Below, piece after piece: positions 25,421 to 34,333 of a stretch of 64,000 nucleotides of DNA. Where the stretch lies: NCBI GenBank assembly GCA_902774045.1, contig CACYGW010000001.1, positions 64,070-128,069 of the forward strand, in the 5' to 3' direction. The position numbers and the translations under genes were made by a program. Position 1 is the first letter of the stretch. Every line of letters starts with the position of its first letter. The DNA is from an uncultured Bacteroidia bacterium (GTDB taxonomy: Bacteria; Bacteroidota; Bacteroidia; Bacteroidales; UBA932). Below the pieces are notes generated by a model, which ran no database searches, was not told where the DNA came from, and saw only the letters and a program-made list of their open reading frames with translations.

Positions 25421-28400
25421 ATGAGAACACCATCAACAATCCGGTTTTCGTTGCTGGGGTTCTGTGTGTCCTGCCTGATGCTTATCGGGCAGACTCTTTC
25501 TGCGCAGAATCCGGTTACGGGAACCGTGACGAACGGGTATGGCGAGCCTCTCATCGGCGCCGGTGTAGTCGTTTCAGGTACTACGATAGGTACTACGACG
25601 AACCTGGACGGCCGTTATGAGATTGTCTGCCCTGGAGACGCCGTTCTGGAATTCTCCTACATAGGCATGGTCACCCAGATCATACAGGTGGGAGGTAAAA
25701 GTGTCATCGATGTAGTCCTTCAGGAGGACTCCGATGTCTTGAATGAAGTAGTCGTTACGGCTCTTGGTATCAAACGTTCCTCCAAGGCCCTTAGCTACAA
25801 TGTCCAGAAGGTAGATTCCGGCAATCTTACCACTGTCAAGTCCACCAACGTAATGAGTTCCCTGGCGGGAAAGGTGGCAGGCGTAAACATCAACACCAGC
25901 TCTGCCGGTGTCGGCAGCGCCACCCGTGTTGTGATGCGCGGCCCCAAGTCTGTCAACCAGACGAACCAGGCTCTCTATGTGATTGACGGCGTGCCCATCA
26001 TCAACCGAAACGACGGCGAAACCAGCGGCATTTACGGCACCCAGCCGGGTTCCGAGGGTATCGCTGACCTGAACCCGGAGGATATCGAATCTATCTCCGT
26101 CCTTTCCGGTCCGGCCGCTGCCGCCCTGTATGGCAACTCCGCCGCCCAGGGAGTGATTATGATCACTACCAAGAAAGGACAGGCCGGCAAGGTGTCAGTC
26201 TCACTGGCTAACAATACCTCCTTCTCAAGTGCATTCGTAATGCCGGAGTTCCAGAATACCTACGGCAACCGCCCTGGCGAGACAATGTCCTGGGGCGCAG
26301 AAGGTACGGGAACCGGCTTCGAGCCTCGTTCCTTCTTCCAGACAGGTTACGACCTTCAGAACAGTGTTGCCCTTACCACCGGCACGGACAAGAACCAGAC
26401 CTACCTGTCCATAGGTTCGGACAACGCCCGCGGTATCATCATGGGCAATACCTACGACCGTTATAACGCATCTTTCCGCAATACTACATCCATGCTGGAC
26501 GACAAGCTCACATTGGATTTCTCGCTCAGCTTCACAAAGGAGAAAGACGCTAACCTGATGGCCCAGGGTCAGTATTACAACCCGCTTCCCGCCCTGTACC
26601 TCTTCCCCAGAGGAGAGGATTTCAATGCGGTCCGCACATTTGAGATCTGGGACGCAACCCGCGGTATCCATGTCCAGAACTGGAATTACGGCAGCGACCT
26701 GTACAAGCAGAATCCCTACTGGATTGCAAAGAGGATGACCCGCTCCAACGACAAGCGTCGTTATATGCTCAGCGGCTCACTTAGGTACCAGGCCACGAAT
26801 TGGCTGGACATCATAGGCCGAATCCGTTGGGACGATGCCGTCACCAAGGGCGAGCGCAAGAATTATGCATCCACCCACACTCTGTTCACCGCCGGCTCCA
26901 ACATGGGTTATTACGGCTGGTCCAAGGTGGACGATACTTCCTTCTACGGAGATGTGATGGCCAATGTAATCAAGACCTGGGACGATTGGTCCCTTTCCGC
27001 TAACCTCGGAGCCTCTTATATGATGGCCGATTATGAGGTAAACGGTTTCCAGGGCGCCATCCACAACATCCCCAACGCTTTCTTCCCCATAGCCATCGAC
27101 CACCGTGCCGCGCACAACGACAACCGTCCTAACTATGTATGGACCCGTCACAACACGCAGGCTGTGTTCGCTAATGTGGAAATCGGCTGGAAGAATATGC
27201 TTTATCTTACCCTTACAGACCGCAACGACTGGGATTCAGCCCTTGCCGGCACTTCTTCAGAGAAGACTGGCTTCAACTACCCGTCCGTGGGTCTTTCCGG
27301 CATTGTTTCCCAGATGGTTGCCATGCCCGAGTGGTGGAACTTCCTGAAGGTCCGCAGTTCCTGGGCCTCCGTTGGTTCCCCGATTCCTGTTGGCCTTTCT
27401 ACGGCCTGGCAGCTAGAGTACGCCTCTACATCTTACGACTGGTCCGTGGTCACCTACTATGTTCCGGACGACTTTAAGCCGGAGCGTACAATCTCCTGGG
27501 AGATGGGTGTCCAGTCCCAGTGGTTGGGTGGCGATATAACCCTGGATGCCACCTGGTACAAGTCCAATACTTATAACCAGACCATGTCCAGACCCGCTCC
27601 TGCAGGCACCGGCTACGGTTCTGTATACTATCAGGCCGGCAACGTGCAGAACATAGGTTTGGAACTGGCCCTGGGCTTCCACAAGAAGTGGACTAACTTT
27701 GGCTGGGATTCCAATTTCACTTATTCCATGAACCGCAACAAGATTATCACCCTGGTAGATGACGACAACGAACTTAGCTACATCTCCAAGGGTGGTCTGG
27801 AAGGCATAGGCATCATCCTTACCAAGGGCGGTACCATGGGCGATATTTACGATTACTCTTCCTTAGAATTGGACCAGGAAGGAAATGTTGCCCTGGATGC
27901 TTCCGGCAACATCATCCGCAAGACCCTGGACAATCCGGTGTACCGCGGCTCTGTCCTTCCCAAGGGTAACTTTGGGTGGAACAACGAGTTCACCTTCGCC
28001 GGCGTTAACCTGGGCTTCCTTCTGAGTGCCCGCGTAGGCGGTATCGTAATATCCCAGACACAGGCTATCTTGGACGCCTACGGCGTGTCCAAGGCCTCGG
28101 CTGACGCCCGTGCTGCCGGTGGTGTCCCGGTTAATACCGGCACTATCAGCGCAGAGCAGTTCTACTCCGTAGTGGGCGGTTCAACCCCTATCTGGCAGAA
28201 CTACATCTACGATGCTACCAACGTACGTCTTCAGGAGGCGCACATAGGCTACAACATCCCGTCCAAGTGGCTTGGCGGCAAGCAGCTTTATGTGGGCCTG
28301 ACAGGTTCTAACCTCCTGATGATCTTTAAGAAGGCCCCGTTCGACCCGGAGGCTACATCTTCTACCGGTACTTACTACCAGGGCTTCGACTACTTTATGC

Positions 28401-28447
28401 AGCCGAGCCTGCGTTCGTTCGGTTTCAATGTGAGAATGAAATTCTAA
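25421..28447 (+). CDS. SusC/RagA-family TonB-linked outer membrane transporter
   Basis: 1008 aa. Signal peptide, a CarboxypepD_reg-like domain (VTGTVTNGYGEPLIGAGVVVSGTTIGTTTNLDGRYEI), a plug (VVVTALGIKRSSKALSYNVQKV), and a barrel ending in ...FGFNVRMKF. No STN domain is seen. A SusD gene follows. Confidence 0.95.
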   Translation: MRTPSTIRFSLLGFCVSCLMLIGQTLSAQNPVTGTVTNGYGEPLIGAGVVVSGTTIGTTTNLDGRYEIVCPGDAVLEFSYIGMVTQIIQVGGKSVIDVVLQEDSDVLNEVVVTALGIKRSSKALSYNVQKVDSGNLTTVKSTNVMSSLAGKVAGVNINTSSAGVGSATRVVMRGPKSVNQTNQALYVIDGVPIINRNDGETSGIYGTQPGSEGIADLNPEDIESISVLSGPAAAALYGNSAAQGVIMITTKKGQAGKVSVSLANNTSFSSAFVMPEFQNTYGNRPGETMSWGAEGTGTGFEPRSFFQTGYDLQNSVALTTGTDKNQTYLSIGSDNARGIIMGNTYDRYNASFRNTTSMLDDKLTLDFSLSFTKEKDANLMAQGQYYNPLPALYLFPRGEDFNAVRTFEIWDATRGIHVQNWNYGSDLYKQNPYWIAKRMTRSNDKRRYMLSGSLRYQATNWLDIIGRIRWDDAVTKGERKNYASTHTLFTAGSNMGYYGWSKVDDTSFYGDVMANVIKTWDDWSLSANLGASYMMADYEVNGFQGAIHNIPNAFFPIAIDHRAAHNDNRPNYVWTRHNTQAVFANVEIGWKNMLYLTLTDRNDWDSALAGTSSEKTGFNYPSVGLSGIVSQMVAMPEWWNFLKVRSSWASVGSPIPVGLSTAWQLEYASTSYDWSVVTYYVPDDFKPERTISWEMGVQSQWLGGDITLDATWYKSNTYNQTMSRPAPAGTGYGSVYYQAGNVQNIGLELALGFHKKWTNFGWDSNFTYSMNRNKIITLVDDDNELSYISKGGLEGIGIILTKGGTMGDIYDYSSLELDQEGNVALDASGNIIRKTLDNPVYRGSVLPKGNFGWNNEFTFAGVNLGFLLSARVGGIVISQTQAILDAYGVSKASADARAAGGVPVNTGTISAEQFYSVVGGSTPIWQNYIYDATNVRLQEAHIGYNIPSKWLGGKQLYVGLTGSNLLMIFKKAPFDPEATSSTGTYYQGFDYFMQPSLRSFGFNVRMKF

Positions 28448-28469
28448 TAACCTGTAAATGAACACGAAA

Positions 28470-29996
28470 ATGAAAAAGATTAAGACTTACTTCGCTGTTG
28501 TTCTGACAGGTATCCTGGCCCTCTCTTCCTGCACTGGCAAGTTCGAGGAATACAATCGCCCGGGCGGAAACATCACAAAGGAGATGTTCAACCGCGACGG
28601 CCATGCAGTCCTTTCCTATATCCGTCAGATCGAAGACGAGGCCTTCCCCGAACAGGAAAACACCTGGCAGATGAATATAGACCTGATCGGCAACTACTGC
28701 GGCCGATATTTCACCTACACCAATCCCGGCTGGACCAATAATTTCCAAAGGATGAGCGCTCCGGAAGGATGGGCGGCTTATCCTTACCGCGATTGCCTTC
28801 CTAAAGTCTCCTCTGCGATGCGTGAAATAGAGCAGCTGGTTGACGAGGACAATCCCTTCTACGCCTGGGCACAGGTTGTCCGCGCTGCTGTGATGCTTCG
28901 CCTTACCGATATGTACGGTCCCTTCCCAATCGCGAACGACGGTTCCTATGCCGCACAGGAGGAAGTGTATGCCTATCTTATCGCCCAGCTGGACCACGCC
29001 ACTGACGTTCTTACGCCTCTGGTTGCTTCCAATTCGGCCCTGACTATGGGAGACCCCGAGTTAGACCGCGTTTATCAGGGAAGGATGGCCCCTTGGCTGC
29101 GTTTTGCGAATTCCCTTAAGCTCCGCATAGCGATTCGTATGCGCTTTGCCGATCCTGCAACCGCGCAAACCATTGCCGAGTCTGCCGTTGCTGCCGGTGT
29201 CATTACCGACAATGCAGACAACTGCAAGACCAACTATCGCCCCAATGGTATGTACAAGACTTCCGTGGAATGGGGTGACAGCCGTATGTGCGCCGATCTG
29301 GACTCTTACATGAACGGATACGGTGATCCGCGTCTGCCCAAATACTTCAATCCGGCCGATAAGGTAGGGGACCGTGCCATCATTGGCTGCCCTGCCGCTG
29401 CTATCATCGGCGACAAGCCTACGGCTCAGGAGTTGTATTCTTCTGCTAAAGTCACTGCCGAAACTGACGGTGTGTGGCTCACTGCCGCCGAAATGGCCTT
29501 CTGCCGCGCAGAGGGTGCTCTGGCCGGTTGGAATATGGGTGGAAGCGCCCAGGAACTCTACGAGCGGGGTATCACCCTCTCCTTCGAGCAGTGGGGTGCA
29601 GGCAGTGCCGACGCCTATATCGCCGATGAATCCTCCATGCCTGCCAACTATACCAATGCCGACGGTGGCTATGGCTCTTCTGCCTATACCCGCTCTTCCA
29701 GCGTGACCATCGCCTGGGACGAGGGGGCTTCCGACGAGGATAAACTAGAAAAGATCATCGTCCAGAAGTGGATTGCTCTCTTCCCTGAAGGCCAGGAAGC
29801 CTGGAACGAAATCCGCCGCACCGGCTATCCAAAGGTATTCGCCCTGTCTCCGGCTTCCGTTACGGGTGCCAACGTTCCCAACCGTGTCCCCTTCGACCCT
29901 CGCGAAAAGGTTGATAACAGGGATGCTTACCTGAACGCCGTTTCTCTCCTGGGTGGGGACGATGACTATATGACCAAGTTATGGTGGCAGCGTTAA
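28470..29996 (+). CDS. SusD/RagB-family nutrient-binding lipoprotein
   Basis: ~508 aa. The lipoprotein signal MKKIKTYFAVVLTGILALSSC starts at 28470 (an alternative ATG is at 28458). It sits directly after SusC and has a TPR-like helical composition. Confidence 0.9.
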   Translation: MKKIKTYFAVVLTGILALSSCTGKFEEYNRPGGNITKEMFNRDGHAVLSYIRQIEDEAFPEQENTWQMNIDLIGNYCGRYFTYTNPGWTNNFQRMSAPEGWAAYPYRDCLPKVSSAMREIEQLVDEDNPFYAWAQVVRAAVMLRLTDMYGPFPIANDGSYAAQEEVYAYLIAQLDHATDVLTPLVASNSALTMGDPELDRVYQGRMAPWLRFANSLKLRIAIRMRFADPATAQTIAESAVAAGVITDNADNCKTNYRPNGMYKTSVEWGDSRMCADLDSYMNGYGDPRLPKYFNPADKVGDRAIIGCPAAAIIGDKPTAQELYSSAKVTAETDGVWLTAAEMAFCRAEGALAGWNMGGSAQELYERGITLSFEQWGAGSADAYIADESSMPANYTNADGGYGSSAYTRSSSVTIAWDEGASDEDKLEKIIVQKWIALFPEGQEAWNEIRRTGYPKVFALSPASVTGANVPNRVPFDPREKVDNRDAYLNAVSLLGGDDDYMTKLWWQR

Positions 29997-30018
29997 TAAT
30001 CCATATAAAAGTATCAGT

Positions 30019-31125
30019 ATGAAAAATATATATAAATCAATAGTCCTAGCCGGCGGCATCATAGCCACTATGGCCGGGTGCGAAAAGTGGACCCGGACCG
30101 AGGTCCGCGAGGAACTGGTGCTCTCCGGTCTTGTAAAGAGCGAGGCTTACTACGAGTCGCTGCGCGCCTACAAGGAGTCCGAACACTCTGTAACCTTCGG
30201 CTGGTTCGGTAACTGGACCGGGACCGGAGCTTCTCAGGAGAATTCCATGATGGGCCTTCCCGACAGCGTGGACTTCGTGTCCATGTGGGGTGGCTGGGCC
30301 GGTCCCAGTAAGGAGAAGCTGGAGGATTTCCGCAGAGTGCGTGAACTCAAGGGTACAAAGGCCCTGGTCTGCTTCCTGGTATTCGATATCGGAGACCAGA
30401 TTACTCCACCGATTCCGGAGGATAAAGAGCAGGAGGGAATGACTTACAAGGAATGGCGCCACGAGTATTGGGGCTGGGGAACCACCCTTGAAGAGCACGT
30501 GGCTGCAACCGAAAAGTACGCGAGGGCCATTTTGGATACCATCGCCAAGTACGACTATGACGGATTCGATCTGGATGCAGAGCCTTCTTATGCCCAGCCC
30601 TTCCAAACCGACAAGGAACTCTGGACCAATGGCCGCGAGGTTATGGAGGCTTTTGTAAAGACCCTCGCTACCGAACTGGGGCCCAAGGCCGGCAAGGGCA
30701 AGCTGCTCGTTATCGACGGCGAGCCCGAGGCTATGGCTCCTGAATTCGCAGATTACTTTGACTACTTCATCCTGCAGGCCTACTCCTGCAGCTCGGAATC
30801 TAATCTGAATAGCCGCTATTCCCGCCAGGTATCTCACTGGGACGGCTACCTTACGCCGGAGCAGGTGGCCAATAAGCTAATCGTGTGCGAGAACTTCGAA
30901 TCTTATGCGCAGAACGGCGGTATTACCTTCAGTCGCCCCAACGGCACGCAGGTTCCTTCCCTGTGGGGTATGGCCTACTGGCAGCCCACTTATGACGGGC
31001 AGACCTTCCGCAAGGGCGGCGTAGGTACCTACCACATGGAGTACGAGTACAAGGTTCCCGGCAAGGAGGGTACCTATCCCTGGCTGCGCCAGTCTATACA
31101 GATTATGAACCCCCGCATCTACTAA
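30019..31125 (+). CDS. GH18 endo-beta-N-acetylglucosaminidase-like lipoprotein
   Basis: 368 aa. Lipobox IIATMAGC. The GH18 catalytic motif DxxDxDxE is present as DGFDLDAE. The position after SusC/SusD and before DUF1735 genes is typical of N-glycan PULs. Confidence 0.8.
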   Translation: MKNIYKSIVLAGGIIATMAGCEKWTRTEVREELVLSGLVKSEAYYESLRAYKESEHSVTFGWFGNWTGTGASQENSMMGLPDSVDFVSMWGGWAGPSKEKLEDFRRVRELKGTKALVCFLVFDIGDQITPPIPEDKEQEGMTYKEWRHEYWGWGTTLEEHVAATEKYARAILDTIAKYDYDGFDLDAEPSYAQPFQTDKELWTNGREVMEAFVKTLATELGPKAGKGKLLVIDGEPEAMAPEFADYFDYFILQAYSCSSESNLNSRYSRQVSHWDGYLTPEQVANKLIVCENFESYAQNGGITFSRPNGTQVPSLWGMAYWQPTYDGQTFRKGGVGTYHMEYEYKVPGKEGTYPWLRQSIQIMNPRIY

Positions 31126-31128
31126 CCC

Positions 31129-32328
31129 ATGAATCGTATGAAACAGTTTTTACTCTATACGGCTGCGGCTCTCACCCTTCTGGGAACCCTCTCTGCCTGC
31201 CAGGATGCGGAATATTCGCCGCTGACGGGCCGGGGTTATATCTCCCAGACACAGACCCGTAGCTTTGCTTCCCAGGTTGTGACGGTGGGACATACCGCTG
31301 TTACGACAGACATGAACATCCGCGTCTCAGACCCTGTGACAGAAGATGTATCCTTTAAGGTGGCCAGCAATGCGAAGGCTCTTGAAGCCTATAACGCCCG
31401 CTATTCCACCAATTACGTCCTGCTGGACGAGACGCAGTATTCCATAACGGACAGCGAAGGAAACCCGGTTTCGGGCGTTTCCATCGCCAAAGACCAGAAT
31501 ATGTCCCCTTCTCTCAGGATTCAAATTAATCCTATGACGGAGCAGATGCAGGAATCCGGCCAGAAGTACGCTCTGGCCCTTACTGCTACAAGCGCCGACG
31601 GGAAGGTCCCGATGATAGAGTCGGCTTCCTCCATGGTATATATCCTGGACAGAATTCCTATCCAGCCCGTTCCGGTAATCAACTATTCCACGGCTATCGA
31701 CCGCGGCAAGTTCAACGGAAAGGCAGAAAGTTTTACCCAGTGGACCTGGGAGACCAATGTCAACATGGACCTGTTGGGAGAAGGTATCGGCCAGCTTAAC
31801 AACCAGTACATCTTCAACTTCGACGGCTCCGGTGAGATTTACATCCGCTTTGGTGATGCTCCCATCGATGGCCGCGTCCTGCAGATCAAGACCCAGGGAA
31901 CCCAGATGAACAGCCAGATGATGTTCTCTAAGAATACCTGGTACCACATCGCTTTCGTGTGCACCGGGAATCAGGTGCTCCTGTACGTGAACGGACAGTT
32001 GGACAATACTTTGGACGTAGGTGGGGAAACCTATCTTATCACTCCGGGTTCCGAGGCCGACTTCTCAATGTGTAACACCACTTACTTCAGGGCCAACGCC
32101 ATGTTTGCCGAGATGCGCTTCTGGAACGTAGCCCGCAGTCAGGCCGAAATTCAGAACAATATGTATTCCTGCGATCCCACTACACCGGGTCTGTTGTGTT
32201 ACTTTAGGTTCAATGAAGGTAAAGGCGGAGTTTTCTATGACGCCACCTGGAATAATGAGGAACCCCGTGCCTGGACCAAGGCTAAACCTTCCTGGCGGGA
32301 CGATGTCCGGATTGACGGTAAAGAATAA
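31129..32328 (+). CDS. DUF1735-type lipoprotein with C-terminal LamG/concanavalin-like domain
   Basis: 399 aa. Lipobox LGTLSAC. The N-terminal Ig-like region (VSFKVASNAKALEAYNARYSTNYVLL) is typical of DUF1735. The C-terminal FRANAMFAEMRFWNVARSQAEIQ is typical of Laminin_G_3 domains. Confidence 0.7.
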   Translation: MNRMKQFLLYTAAALTLLGTLSACQDAEYSPLTGRGYISQTQTRSFASQVVTVGHTAVTTDMNIRVSDPVTEDVSFKVASNAKALEAYNARYSTNYVLLDETQYSITDSEGNPVSGVSIAKDQNMSPSLRIQINPMTEQMQESGQKYALALTATSADGKVPMIESASSMVYILDRIPIQPVPVINYSTAIDRGKFNGKAESFTQWTWETNVNMDLLGEGIGQLNNQYIFNFDGSGEIYIRFGDAPIDGRVLQIKTQGTQMNSQMMFSKNTWYHIAFVCTGNQVLLYVNGQLDNTLDVGGETYLITPGSEADFSMCNTTYFRANAMFAEMRFWNVARSQAEIQNNMYSCDPTTPGLLCYFRFNEGKGGVFYDATWNNEEPRAWTKAKPSWRDDVRIDGKE

Positions 32329-32331
32329 ACG

Positions 32332-33312
32332 ATGAGCGTTATGAAAAATACAAAATTAATAATTTCTCTTGCCGCCTCCCTGACCGTCCTGTACGGCTGT
32401 GAGGATGAACTCCAGCCAGGAACACCCCTCATTCCTGTTGAGGAGGAGAACCTGACAGGGGTTAAGGCCTATGTAAACGATCTTGCCAGCGGCAATAGCC
32501 ATGAGACTCTGTTTAAGTCTACGCCGCTCTTTATAGAGTTGCTTCCGGATACGGCCTCGTTCTACGTAAACCTTAATATGGCTGCGGCGCAGGATGTCGT
32601 GGTCGAGGCTACCGTGGAAGGACTGCCGGAGGATTGCTATGCTTTTGTCTCCGGGCATGACCAGGTGACTATTCCTGCCGGAAAGAGGGTTTCTTCCGGC
32701 GACATCCGTCTGGTCCTCCAGTCCAGCGACGCCCTGTACGACCTTTCCGAGTACACCGAGGCCAAAGTTCGTATTCAGATTGTAAGCGGTCCGGCCGAAA
32801 TAGGCAGGAACAATAACTCCTTCAACTGGATTATACATAAACGCGTTACGAACGTTTTCTTGCAGCACCAGATGATGAGCGCGACGGATGGTCTTACGCC
32901 ACTCCAGAAAGATTACTGGACGCTTATTACCAACTTCTACTCTGCCAATGCTCTTACGGACGGCAGGTCTGACAACTGCAGTTATAAGGAGCTGTCCTCT
33001 GGTCCATACATCACTATGAATCTTGGCAAGCAGACAGAAATCCAGGCGATGGGTTTTGTGCCTTACATGGTCACTTCCAGCTACAGACACTATTGGATGG
33101 GTTCGGCAGAAATCTTCCAGAGCAATGACAATGAGAATTGGACCAGCCTGGGTGTGATAGAATTCGATAACCCTGTTGCCGACGAGTGGCAGCTCGTATG
33201 TTTCTATGCGCCTGTCACTGCCCGCTACTTTAAGATTATTCCCTTAAGTAACATTGGCTACGACTATGGTTACGTCCTCATTGCCGAGGCCGCTCCATTT
33301 GTGTCGGAATAA
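32332..33312 (+). CDS. DUF1735-type lipoprotein with C-terminal F5/8 type C (discoidin)-like domain
   Basis: 326 aa. Lipobox LTVLYGC. An Ig-like N-terminal half. The C-terminal half (ALTDGRSDNCSY...QAMGFVPY...ARYFKIIP) resembles discoidin carbohydrate-binding modules. Confidence 0.65.
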   Translation: MSVMKNTKLIISLAASLTVLYGCEDELQPGTPLIPVEEENLTGVKAYVNDLASGNSHETLFKSTPLFIELLPDTASFYVNLNMAAAQDVVVEATVEGLPEDCYAFVSGHDQVTIPAGKRVSSGDIRLVLQSSDALYDLSEYTEAKVRIQIVSGPAEIGRNNNSFNWIIHKRVTNVFLQHQMMSATDGLTPLQKDYWTLITNFYSANALTDGRSDNCSYKELSSGPYITMNLGKQTEIQAMGFVPYMVTSSYRHYWMGSAEIFQSNDNENWTSLGVIEFDNPVADEWQLVCFYAPVTARYFKIIPLSNIGYDYGYVLIAEAAPFVSE

Positions 33313-33319
33313 AACGATG

Positions 33320-33348
33320 TCCGGCGCCATCAGGCGCCGGATTTTTTT
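33320..33348 (+). terminator. Intrinsic terminator of the N-glycan PUL
   Basis: TCCGGCGCC (33320-33328), loop ATCA, GGCGCCGGA (33333-33341), followed by TTTTTTT. Confidence 0.9.
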
Positions 33349-33386
33349 ATAAAGAAAAATATATCCATTTTACTATTTCTATTTTA

Positions 33387-33451
33387 TCATTTCGAGTGAG
33401 CGAAGCGAATCGAGAAATCTTTATAGATAGGATTTCATTGGTCGAAATGAC
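33387..33451. repeat. Compact complete copy of the GTCATTTCGA...TCGAAATGAC palindromic repeat family
   Basis: TCATTTCGAGTGAGCGAAGCGAATCGAGAAATCTTTATAGATAGGATTTCATTGGTCGAAATGAC. It shares both terminal arms and the CGAAG.GA.T.GAGAAATCTTTA core with 4345-4444. Confidence 0.8.
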
Positions 33452-33467
33452 AAAAAGGGTGGTTGTA

Positions 33468-33947
33468 TTAACGTGAAATCAGCGCTGTAGCCCAGACCTG
33501 ACAGCCCTCGCCGCGGCCGGTAAAGCCAAGATGCTCGGTAGTTGTAGCCTTTACAGAGACAGCATCCACCTCAACCTCCAAAATACCCGCAAGGGTACTT
33601 CGCATCTCCAATATATAAGGGGCAAGCTTGGGTTGCTGGAGGGCGATGGTTACATCTACGTTGCCTACCTTCCAGCCCCTTTCTTTTACAAGAGTCATCA
33701 CGGCGGCAAGAAGTTTCTTGCTGTCTATGCCCTTCCACCTGGGCGATGAATCCGGGAAGTGCTTCCCTATGTCGCCAAGGGCCAGACAGCCCAGAAGGGC
33801 GTCACAAAGGGCGTGGATTGCCACGTCCCCGTCTGAATGCGCCACAAAGCCCACGTGGCTTTCTATCTGTACGCCGCACAGGAACATAGGCAGCCCCTCG
33901 CGCAGGGCGTGAACGTCGTAACCGTTTCCTATCCTGAAGTCTTTCAT
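33468..33947 (-). CDS. ispF: 2-C-methyl-D-erythritol 2,4-cyclodiphosphate synthase
   Basis: 159 aa. The N-terminal RIGNGYDVHAL and the HSDGDV motif are hallmarks of IspF. Confidence 0.95.
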   Translation of the reverse strand: MKDFRIGNGYDVHALREGLPMFLCGVQIESHVGFVAHSDGDVAIHALCDALLGCLALGDIGKHFPDSSPRWKGIDSKKLLAAVMTLVKERGWKVGNVDVTIALQQPKLAPYILEMRSTLAGILEVEVDAVSVKATTTEHLGFTGRGEGCQVWATALISR

Positions 33948-33972
33948 AATGCAAATATATGGAATTTTTTAA

Positions 33973-33980
33973 TATATTTG
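33973..33980 (+). promoter_or_regulatory. Bacteroidota -7 promoter box (TATATTTG)
   Basis: Exact TAnnTTTG 54 nt upstream of the ATG at 34034. It lies inside the longer ORF-track reading frame, which argues for the downstream start. Confidence 0.45.
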
Positions 33981-34033
33981 TAGATTGCTTTGCCTGCTGG
34001 CAGGCACCTGTAAAACGGATAATAATCAGAGTT

Positions 34034-34333
34034 ATGGCAACATTCGGATGGTTCGGAGACCAGGAGCACAGAGTCTTCAATTATAAACCAATGTATTATG
34101 ACCCCGAGACAGAAAAACGCCGCCAGATGTTCGGTGCAGTGGACGGTTCTGTAGAACGGGAGAAAAAAGAAGGTACTTATGTCCCCGGATCCAGCATAAG
34201 GGGGGCTTTCCGCGACGGTAACTATGCTCAGAAACGCAGCGCCTCAAAAGCTCACGCATTCGTTGGAATAGTGGGCCTTGCACTGCTTTTGGTAGTACTA
34301 ATCTACATTGCTAAATTCTACGCATTACTATAA
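34034..34333 (+). CDS. Small tail-anchored membrane protein of unknown function
   Basis: 99 aa from the ATG at 34034 (MATFGWFGDQEHRVFNYKPMYYDPE...). One C-terminal hydrophobic helix (AFVGIVGLALLLVVLIYIAKFYALL). Its stop TAA shares a base with the mutL ATG (TAATG). Confidence 0.55.
   Translation: MATFGWFGDQEHRVFNYKPMYYDPETEKRRQMFGAVDGSVEREKKEGTYVPGSSIRGAFRDGNYAQKRSASKAHAFVGIVGLALLLVVLIYIAKFYALL

Noticed and set aside
33952-33959. Exact TAnnTTTG (TATATTTG on the minus strand) just upstream of ispF.
   Set aside because: It ends only 4-5 nt before the ispF ATG (33947). A transcript from it would be leaderless or would start inside the codon. This may be a chance match in an AT-rich divergent spacer, so it is not reported as a promoter.
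33959-34033. Longer 124-aa version of the small ORF upstream of mutL (start 33959), and likewise the 206-aa version of 20557-21177.
   Set aside because: In both cases the extra N-terminal residues are hydrophobic or odd (MEFFNIFVDCFACWQ..., MYCKIPLWKAFNLKTNIN). The extension also covers a TAnnTTTG -7 box that fits the downstream ATG better.
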